38,616 bases of DNA from Octopus bimaculoides (lineage: Eukaryota), in assembly GCF_001194135.2 (NCBI RefSeq), contig NC_068981.1:41693937-41732552 (forward strand). Reading direction: 5' to 3'. The notes beneath the pieces were generated by a model, which ran no database searches, was not told the DNA's origin, and was given only the letters and a program-made list of their open reading frames with translations. Shown piece after piece: positions 22,448 to 32,190 of the stretch (position 1 is the stretch's first letter; each line of letters begins with the position of its first letter). The position numbers were made by a program, and so were the translations under genes.

Positions 22448-23703
22448 GTTATTATATATATAATAGAAATTAAAACCTAAAAGAAAAGGTACTGAAAAAT
22501 AACAAGGTTCAATGTGAGCAAGTTGTAAAGAGAAAATTGTTGAAATAAACTTTATATTGTAAAGAGCTTAAAAATAAATTATTTAAGCCAAATGTCTTCT
22601 GTTTAAAAGCTTACAGTAGGAAAAGTTGAAATGAAACAAAAACAACTTGAATAGTGTTTAAAAAACATTTATTTCGCATTTATGTATTCTTTTATGGAAG
22701 ATATTTCCTTGGAAGCTTTTGTTATTTTGTAATTTTTTAAAAATTGAAATGAGGTTAAACAGCTGTATCAGTTTACAAACAGACAACTTAACATTGTTTT
22801 GAACAATTAAAATGGTCAACATACACTAGAATTAATAATTATTTGAACATAATTATTATACATTAGCAGAACTATTGTAAATATAGCAAAACAGCATAAA
22901 TTCATGTTAATCAGTTAATATTAATTTTGCTAGTAATTTATAAATAAATTAATAAATAAACTAATTAATATTATCCCCCAACACCTCTATGGTTTGTAAT
23001 CAGTATTGGAGCATTTTAGTTCACACTTCAATAAGAACTTTATAATGCATCATGTTATATCAGTGGTATATACTATCTTGACAAGCAGAGCATGTTACAT
23101 TAAACATATTGAATGTTAGTTGTAAGATGTCAAGCCATGTTAATTGCCATACTAATAATATAGTAACATACCAAGCCATACTAGTTGTCATATCAATAAC
23201 AACACACATAACAAACAATAGAACATCAAACCATACTAATTAACATGTTGATAAATCTTGTTTCAGGAAAACCCATACCAGTAGTTGACATATCAACATA
23301 ACAAACCATAAACTTTTCAATTATATTACTTGACATAAGCATAACATATCTCATAGAATATCAAACCATACTGCTCGACAAGTCAATGATGAATCTTGAG
23401 CTACATATCAATAACAAACCTTATAACAGGTCAAATTCACATTAGTCTTGTATCAGTAACGAACCCTATAACATCTCAAATCATATTAACTGATTTTCCA
23501 GTGATAATAACAAGCTATATTGAAGTTGCAATTGCAGCAATTGAGAAATCATTGATTAAATTTAAAACACTTCCCTAAATCTGTAAATTTAAAGATGTCA
23601 TAACCTACATACATACATACATGCAACGGTGGGAGTTTAACGCAATTAACATTAGAGCCAAAACCTGAATGGTTTAACTGTTGTGCGTCGAGCGCACCCA
23701 ATC

Positions 23704-23804
<101 letters not shown>

Positions 23805-24429
23805 CCTTGATATAAAAATTTTAAAAGAAGTGAAAATATAATTGTTCTAAGAACTTAATTAGCACAAGTGGTATAAATATATATCACAAGTGGTATATAT
23901 ATATACTTCCAATAATAACATCAATATTGATATTCTGCTGTAGAATCTCAGCAATGTTACAACTATAACAACCTTTAACCTTTTGGTTAATCATAAAATA
24001 AAATAAAAAATGAACAAAAAAAATGCTAATTAGGCATTAATTAAATAATTTCTCTGAAAATATATATGGATATAGTTTAGATTAAACAAGTATAAACTGA
24101 TTGTTTAATCCTTTTTATCACTGCATTATGCTTTCTTAAAATAATAAAGCTGCCTGCTTGTATAATTTGTGTGTGTAAAAAGTGACAGACAGGAAGACAG
24201 ACTTTGGTAAATCAACGATGAAGTAGGTGTTAGGAAGAGCATTTGGTTATAAAATTCTGCATAAAAAAAGTTCATCTCTGAACTTAAAAAAAAAAAATGA
24301 TCCTTAATGTTTACCAAAAAATAAAACTCCTTTAAAAGAAGTTAAAAAAAATTCATTTGCAAGTTATAAATGAAGCTACCATTGTTATAGTTTGGAATCA
24401 CATGATAATTAATATTTTTCAAAGCTGAA

Positions 24430-24435
24430 TTTATT
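24430..24435 (-). terminator. Candidate polyadenylation signal of the alpha-tubulin gene
   Basis: AATAAA on the minus strand about 75 nt downstream of the stop codon. Confidence 0.5.
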
Positions 24436-24510
24436 CTTGAAATTTGTAAGTAATAACATGGAAGAATATTTTAAGCTATGATAATGCTGCAGGGGAGATA
24501 ATATTTCTAT

Positions 24511-25643
24511 TTAATATTCTTCTAGTTCTTCTTCTTCAGGATAAATATCTTCTGTATCAAATCCAACTTCTTCATAGTCTTTTTCCAATGAAGCCAGATC
24601 TTCTCTTGCTTCTGAAAATTCTCCTTCTTCCATACCTTCACCAACATACCAATGAACAAATGCACGTTTAGCATACATGAGGTCAAATTTAAAATCTAGC
24701 CTGGCCCAAGCTTCAGCAATGGCTGTTGTGTTACTTAAAAGACACACTGCTCGTGGTACTTGAGCCAAATCTCCACCAGGCACTGCTGTTGGTGGTTGAT
24801 AATTGATACCAACTTTATATCCAGTTGGACACCAGTCAACAAACTGTATAGACCTTTTGGTTTTAATTGTAGCAATAGCCGCATTGACATCTTTTGGTAC
24901 TACATCTCCACGATATAACATGCAACAAGCCATGTATTTTCCATGACGTGGATCACATTTAACCATTTGGTTAGATGGCTCAAAGCATGCATTGGCAATC
25001 TCTGAAACTGTCAACTGTTCATGATTAGCTTTCTCAACAGATAAGATTGGAGCATAAGTTACCAATGGAAAGTGGATTCTTGGATAAGGTACAAGGTTGG
25101 TTTGGAATTCAGTTAAATCTACGTTAAGGGCTCCATCAAACCGTAATGAGGCTGTGATGGAACTGACTACTTGAGCAATCAATCGGTTTAGATTGGTATA
25201 GCTTGGACGATCAATGTCTAAATTACGCCTACATATATCATAGATGGCTTCATTGTCAACCATAAATGAACAATCGGAATGTTCTAGTGTAGTATGAGTT
25301 GTCAGAATAGAGTTATATGGCTCAACAACAGCAGTAGCAATTTGTGGAGCTGGGTAAATGGAAAATTCTAATTTAGATTTCTTACCATAATCTACACTGA
25401 GACGTTCCATTAATAAAGAAGTAAACCCACTACCAGTGCCACCACCAAAGCTATGGAAAATCAAAAATCCTTGCAGACCATTACATTGGTCAGTCAGTTT
25501 GCGAATCCTCTCTAATACTGAATCCACAATTTCTTTACCAATCGTATAATGTCCTCTGGCATAGTTGTTAGCAGCATCTTCCTTTCCTGTTATCAATTGC
25601 TCAGGATGAAATAACTGGGCATACTTGCCAGTTCGAACTTCAT
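24511..25643 (-). CDS. TUBA: Alpha-tubulin, last coding exon (codon 76 to stop)
   Basis: Acceptor TTTTCACAG|AT GAA GTT CGA. 1133 nt open, with GGGTGSG signature, LTEFQTNL (catalytic E254), AKRAFVHWY and C-terminal EEY, then TAA. Confidence 0.98.
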
Positions 25644-25849
25644 CTGTGAAAATAAAATAAAATAAAATAAAATAAAATAAAATAGTAGTTTCAAAAGTCA
25701 TTTCATAGGTTTCTACCTCTTCTGCTTCCCTCTAGTCTCTCTTTCTCCTCAATCACCCTCCCTCTCTTTCTGACACATTTTCACTCTCATGATATGAACG
25801 GTGCATTGGCTATGAACCTAAGCTTATGAATATATCTGTGTGAGCATGT

Positions 25850-27135
25850 GGAAAAGGGAGACCCAGGAAGATATAGGACAAAGCATTGAAGGCTGATCAT
25901 AAGACGCTGAGCCTTACAGAAGAGATGACAAAGACAGAGATGATTGACATTTTGCTGTGCTCAAGAAGACCTGTCCATTACAATAAAAATGATATCCTAA
26001 AACCACTTGGTTATTCTTGTACATGCAAGACCCTGTCCCCACTCCCCTCTCCTTTCTCTCTAACATGTCAAGCACCCCCCCTCCCAGCACTACCACCACC
26101 ATCATTTTCATCCCTCCTATATCTTTGGCAATACTTGGCTGTTGTACTTACCTGAGAGCAGAATTAGCATTTATTACAGCCAGCCCTCTGAAATGGTCTG
26201 CCCCACACCCCCAGAACCACTTCTATACTTTCAACCATTGCTCTCTCTTTCTCTCTCTCTCTCTGCTATACTCCATTCTAAACAACTCTCTTATCTGCTA
26301 TCACTCTCAATGCCCTCCCCCGTATCTACCACCTTATGTATCCCTATATCATCCTCTCCACTACTTCTACACCTTGCACATCATCCCACTATATTCTGCT
26401 CTGTCCTTCTTCCTAAGTTACTCCTATGTCTCCCACATTACACCTCTACATACTTGTGTTTCCCATCATCTGCACCCTCACCCTTGTTCATAATTCACTA
26501 CATTAATCTCAACCTCCAACTGTTTACCCTCCTCTCACACATCAACAAAAGCTTCCATTCTCTCATCCTTTCCCATGACCCACTCACCATGTCCTCTCAC
26601 CTTGTTCCTTGAGAATTTGCTGTAACATCCCATCATCATCTTCCTTTTATCTCCTTAAGTCATGTATCTCCTCTATAGCAAGATGCTTGTGCTTCTCCCT
26701 CTATCATACTTTAGCCTTTCAACATCTGGCATAAAGCCACCCACCTCCACCTTTCCCTCCCAATTCCCTCCCAAATCCTTCATCTTAGGAGTAGGAGTTT
26801 TTTCCATTTCCTTTTTCTCTCTTCTTTTCTGTCTTATAGATTACATGACAATCTCCCTAGTGTTGTTGACACAAAACAAAAAAGCACCCAGTACACCCTG
26901 TAAAGTGGTTGGCATAACATTGGAGCTTGATGCGGCCTGTAGCTCTCAAATACTGAGAGTCAAGTCATCAAATGCATGCCAGCATGGAAAGTGGGCATTA
27001 AATGACGAGGTTGTTGTGGTTGATGATGGTGGTGGTGATGGTGGTGGTGGTGGTGATGGTGGCGGCGGCAGTGGTGGTGGTGGTGGTGGTGGTGGTGGTG
27101 GTGGTAGTGGTGGTGGTGGTGATGATGATGGTGAT
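25850..27135 (+). mobile_element. RTE LINE 3' end (C-terminal coding remnant, 3' UTR, tail expanded to (GGT/GAT)n), antisense within the tubulin intron
   Basis: RPRKI*DKALKADHKTLSLTEEMT (cf. GRPRKTWDEVV..DL..LGLTEEMT); GCATGCCAGCATGGAAAG...TTAAATGA tail; (GGT)n at about 27010-27135. Confidence 0.65.
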
Positions 27136-29204
27136 GAAATATGCTTTACATGCATGAATATATCTATTTTGCCAATTGTAAACTACTCATGATTACCACA
27201 AGGCTTTTGATTCCTTTCTCTTACTACAAGAAGAAATTTCAATTCAGTAAGCAAGCATTTTTGCATGTCATTCAGCATATCAACACCTACATGATGTATC
27301 TTTATCCATACCATTGGTTTATTCAAGTCATTTCTTTTAGCTCAATTCTAATTATTATTATGAAAATTATTTCTGGCCAAAAGTTTTCATAACACTTTTT
27401 CTCTATCTAAAAACTATTGTCTTTTGATCATGCAGCTTCATACCGGCTGTGTTCTGCTGATGAGGTGCAATAAGACTAAAACATTTCAAGTCATTATTGC
27501 CCCTGCTAACAACAATCAGATTATCTCTTAAGCATGAGAATTAAATTTCTCAGAATGAATTCTAAATATTCTTGAAATTATCTGTTTCCTTATGTGTCAT
27601 AAACAATTGTGGCCTGATTTGTTTTCAATCTCCAACTAAGACAGAAATTTCAATTCATTAAGAATTGTTCATGTACATCATTCAGTATTCCAACATTCAC
27701 AAGATTTATGTAAAATATATACATGTCATAACTGGCATACTTTATGGCATACAGTTTGTCTTGTATGACTCTTATTTGTAGATAAGATGTTGGAACTGCT
27801 CAAAGGACTTAATAATTGGTGAAAATTTATCTTTTGTTGATTAAAACAAACTCTCTGAAACTCTGAGATCTATTCTGGAAATACAGTTTTACTTAATGGT
27901 TAGAATTTAGTTTTAAAACTGTAAAAACTCTCTGATGAATTCATAAAATATGACAGAATAATAAATATAGTTTGATTCACCAGCATGATGCACCATACTC
28001 CAAATTTTGACCTCATTGACATATTGTTTCACTCTGCTCTTCAGAGCTGGATGATCTCTAACCAGGCGCACCCTGGTCCACCCAGGTCCACTAGACTCAT
28101 TACAGGCATTTGTCTCTCCTCTTTGCATCACTCATATTGTATTTATTCCCTATACCTTACAATAGACACTCCAAACCTTTTTTTCAGAATGTCATCCTCT
28201 GAAATATGCATCATCTGCATCAACTTTACTGGTTTTAGATGGTCTTCAAAGGCCACGTACCTGCTTCTTCCCCGAGACCAAATCATAGAAAAAAAGTAAA
28301 AATTCAATTTTCTGTTCCATTGTGCCTTTGATTTCATGTAGGAGAAGGCAACCAGTAGCCATACTAATGTATCTTCTCAATAGACTACACTATTGTAAGA
28401 TAGAAGAGGCAGCCAGTATCAGCCAGTTCTGAACATAAATATCTGTTTATGTTTCATTATAATCTTATAAAGCACATGTGTGGCTAAGTTGACAGAACAC
28501 CAGACGATCAGCTGAAAGGCTGACATCTCATGTCCTACACCTGTGTTGTGGCTTCAAACAAAACATTCAACTCTCAAGTAGCCCAGTCTATTTAGTTTCA
28601 CTAAATGACAATGTAAACACTGGAAAACTTATAAGAGCTTCATTAGTTTGTAGTGCAAAGTTCAACACTGTCTATGGGTATGGGAGTGCAGCTTGAAAAA
28701 AAAAAACACGCTCTGCTAAGCTGATTTGGACATACTACATGAAGATATAGTGTTCAGTGAACCATTAGGTTATGAGATTCACTGTGTAAACTTTATAGAC
28801 TTGAACCCAGCTACAAAGAAAGCAATATATATATATATATATATATTGCAGCAAAAAATTTGTGGATTTTTCCAATTAAACAGACAGGTCAAACAGTTGA
28901 TTGTATGATTGTTTCAGAAATTGATGTTGTACAGCATGAAAACTCAGACAATATTTATATGCTACTACCAAATGACTAATGAAGAATGAATTATACGCAT
29001 GATCTGTTGAAAGCATAAAACACACTCCATGAGACAACTAATAGTTTGTCTATTAAAGGACAAGGAGAAGAAAGTAGTGATGGTAATGAAAATGTTAATG
29101 ATGACATGGCAATAGCAATGAGAAGATGCTACAGATAATAATAATAATAATAACAACAACAACAACAACAACAATAAAGGGACAGAACAAAGATCAGTAC
29201 TTAC

Positions 29205-29427
29205 CAATTACAGTCGGTTCCAAATCTATGAATATGGCTCGAGGTACATGCATTTTTTTCTCTGTTTCACAAAAGAAAGTGTTACAAGAGTCATCTGTCT
29301 TCTCAGCATTTTGTTCTTCAGACTTTTTCCCATCAGGTTCAATCCCATGTTCCAGACAATACAACTCCCAGCATGAGTTGCCCATTTGCACACCAGCCTG
29401 TCCAACATGGATGCTGATACATTCTCG
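29205..29427 (-). CDS. TUBA: Alpha-tubulin exon (codons 2-76)
   Basis: Acceptor TTTCATTTTCTAG|CGA GAA TGT ATC ([12 protein letters not shown]), donor ATT G|GTAAGT. 223 nt, the canonical alpha-tubulin exon-2 size; joins the last exon in frame (G|AT = D76). Confidence 0.97.
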
Positions 29428-29539
29428 CTAGAAAATGAAATGACGAAAATTATAATTTAAGAACATGAAATGGAAGATATTCCAGTTGAAGTATACTTCC
29501 AATTTAAGTACATTAATTTCATGTCCCTAACAGGATTAC

Positions 29540-29542
29540 CAT
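29540..29542 (-). CDS. TUBA: Candidate ATG-only first coding exon of alpha-tubulin (alternative at 32476-32478)
   Basis: Nearest ATG|GT upstream (ATG|GTAATC), giving a 112-nt intron. Alpha-tubulin genes typically have an intron straight after the ATG. Confidence 0.4.
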
Positions 29543-29585
29543 ATAATTTTGTTGGATTATTCACTGGTGGCTAGTAATAATGAGT

Positions 29586-29651
29586 GGAGGCGCAATGGTC
29601 CAGTGGTTAGGGCAGCAGACTCGCAGTCATAGGATCGCGGTTTCAATTCCA
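29586..29651 (+). mobile_element. Isolated tRNA-like SINE head (another family)
   Basis: GGAGGCGCAATGGTCCAGTGGTTAGGGC...GGTTTCAATTCC with A/B-box-like motifs; no cloverleaf or acceptor stem. Confidence 0.65.
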
Positions 29652-30126
29652 AGGTACAGAGGGAACAGATATAGGTGACTTGCTGCAGAGTAGATACATG
29701 GCTATCCCAGTTGCAAAATACAGAGTCCATGAATAGAGACCTTGAAAACATCCTTTGTTTCCTTCAACATCATGACTGTTACACTTGAACAACAAAGCTA
29801 AAGCCCTCAAACTTGCTCCAAATTCTTGGCTTCACAACCTCTGAAGATTTCTGATAGCAAAACTACATCCAAAACTAGTATTCCACTTTAAAGCCAGGAA
29901 ATAATTCAGCTCTGATCAGTTGCCAACTCTCAGCAAAGCTTACATTCAACCTTAGAATTATAGAGTATTACTTAAATATCTGGGGCAGTCCAGCTACACC
30001 TCTTCTCTACATAAATATCTAGTAATTATATATTTAATGTTAATATCTCAAATGATCTGATCAAAATGTTTCCATTGAATTATTAAAGCAACTAAACCAA
30101 GCTTCCAGACATGTGATTTCTCTCTT

Positions 30127-30174
<48 letters not shown>

Positions 30175-30301
30175 GTGTGTGTATGTGTATATATATATTT
30201 ATGTGTGTGTGTATATACTCATATATTTATTTATTTATATATATACACACACACACACACATGTGCATGTGTATGTGTGCATGTGTATGTGTGTGTATAT
30301 C

Positions 30302-30700
30302 CCATCATCATCATCATCTTGTCATTATCATTTAACATCCATCTTCTATGCTGACATAGATTGGACAGTTTGACAGGATTCAACAAGATGAAAGGCTATG
30401 TCAAGTTTCAACATCTGTTTTGGCATGATTTTTTTAATGGCTGATTGCCCTTCCCAACACCAGTCACTTTTCGGAGTATACTGGGTGATTTTTACATGAC
30501 ACCGGCACAAGCGAGATTGCCAAGTAACTTATAAGACAAAGAAAAGACACCTTGACTGGGTGAGGTTGTAGTGGAGCTGACTTTATACTAGGTGTTGAGA
30601 GGCTAAAGTATGATAGAGGGCTAGGTACAGGTGTCTTGTTAGAGAAGTGATACATGGCTACCCTGCATTACATAAGTATATGAGTGAAAGTATCTGGAAA
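30302..30700 (-). mobile_element. RTE 3' UTR/tail copy
   Basis: (ATC)n then CATTTAACATCC...; 30570-30660 is the reverse complement of about 26660-26750 (about 75% by eye). Confidence 0.65.
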
Positions 30701-31499
30701 GAAGAGTGCTGGCAATGAGGAGATGTCAGAGCATACCCTCAAGATACAGAAAGGTGAATTTAAGAGAGAATACAAAGAATCAGGAAAGATGGGTAGATAG
30801 GTTCATTAGAGTGTGAGAGGAGAGTAACAGATAGCTAAAGATTGGTGTACAGATAAATGTATGAATGGGGTAGAGGTGTGGTCAATGGCAAATATGAGTA
30901 TAGGGAAGGAAGAGATGAAAGAATAAGAGTGGGTCAATACATATACATAAAGTACCAATCCAGAGAGGTGGAGCAGCAGAACTGTCAGAGGTTCTGACAC
31001 AATGCCTTTAGATACCTGTTTCAGCTTTTTGCTTTCTAGTAACAACACTTGTGTCAATACTGGTGCCAAGCTGTAATAGTTCTTAGGAGGCAGCATGTGC
31101 TCACGCAAACACACATCAGTTTCTTTGTATGTTTGTAACTTTTGATTCATGCTACTTCCACTGGTGAGGCATGCAGGCCAATATTCCTGAACAGAATGCC
31201 AGTTTGTCACAGGGTTAACGATTTACATCTGAGTGGTGAGGAGCAACATGAAATAAAGTGTTTTACTCAAGAACACACTGCACTGCTAGTCTACAGCATC
31301 CCCTTTTGATAGGCAACATCCTCTCCTCTCCAACATGGACTAATTCCAACAGGGAGATGGACGAAGCTCGATCATAGTGGAGAGAGCTGGGTTTGTCAGT
31401 TCCCGTTACAGTCGAGCATAGACAGAAACAGTGAATACAGGATAATCCGCATTCAGGTGCCACTTTCAACTCTCCCCTTGATCAATCTGATCAATTTTC

Positions 31500-32190
31500 A
31501 AAGTGTTGCATACTTTCAGCTAGTGCAAAATTCTCAGGGGACTGCATTTATACCCTGGCTGTGACCAGCATTAGAAATCTACTCAGTCTAGATGAACTTC
31601 GCATCTCCATCGCACTCAGAGTGGGAGCTGACGTCTGTAGGGGACTGAGATGCCGTTGTGGTAAGCCCCTCAACCCCACAGGTCTTCACAATCTGTCTTG
31701 TTGCCTTAATGCTGGTCGCTTCGCTCGTCACACTGAGCTAAACCTAATCATTAAGCGGGCCCTGGCTTGGATTAATATCCCTTCAGTTCTGGAGTTGTCG
31801 GGGTTATCCAGAAGCGATGGAAAGAGACCAAATGGTCTTATTCTCTGTCTCTGAGTTAAAGGTAAGTGACTCATTTGGGCTGCCACAGTCTGTGACTCCT
31901 TTTCTCCCTCCCACATCCTGGATGCTGCAATTAATGGGAGAGTCACTGCTTCCATAGCCTAATGGAAGAAAACCCTGAAGTATCAGGACCTGACAGTGAA
32001 CTATCTCTTCCAGTCTGTAGCGTTTGAGATAATCAGAGGGACTGGGCCACTAACTTCAAAGTTCTTGTCAACGTTGACAGCTTGCCTCATCGAGGTGTCA
32101 GGTGATGCCCGTGAGAATGCTTTAGCCTTGCCATAGCTTGTGGTAATGCTGCAAGCATGCTGACTTGCTTCAGTAGGTTCCATTAAACTT
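31500..32190 (+). mobile_element. CRE-clade-like non-LTR retrotransposon 3' fragment (CCHC finger plus restriction-like endonuclease)
   Basis: LRISIALRVGADVCRGLRCRCGKPLNPTGLHNLSC (C-x-C-x10-H-x3-C), GRFARH, DGKRPNGL (RPD motif), later KYQDL and VAFE; stops present. Confidence 0.85.

Noticed and set aside
25644-25701. N-terminal [19 protein letters not shown] of the 396-aa ORF
   Set aside because: Read-through into intron (a (TTTTA)n tract before the AG acceptor); the true exon begins at 25643.
27457-27483. CTGATGAGGTGCAATAAGACTAAAAC
   Set aside because: No GAAA and no stem II.
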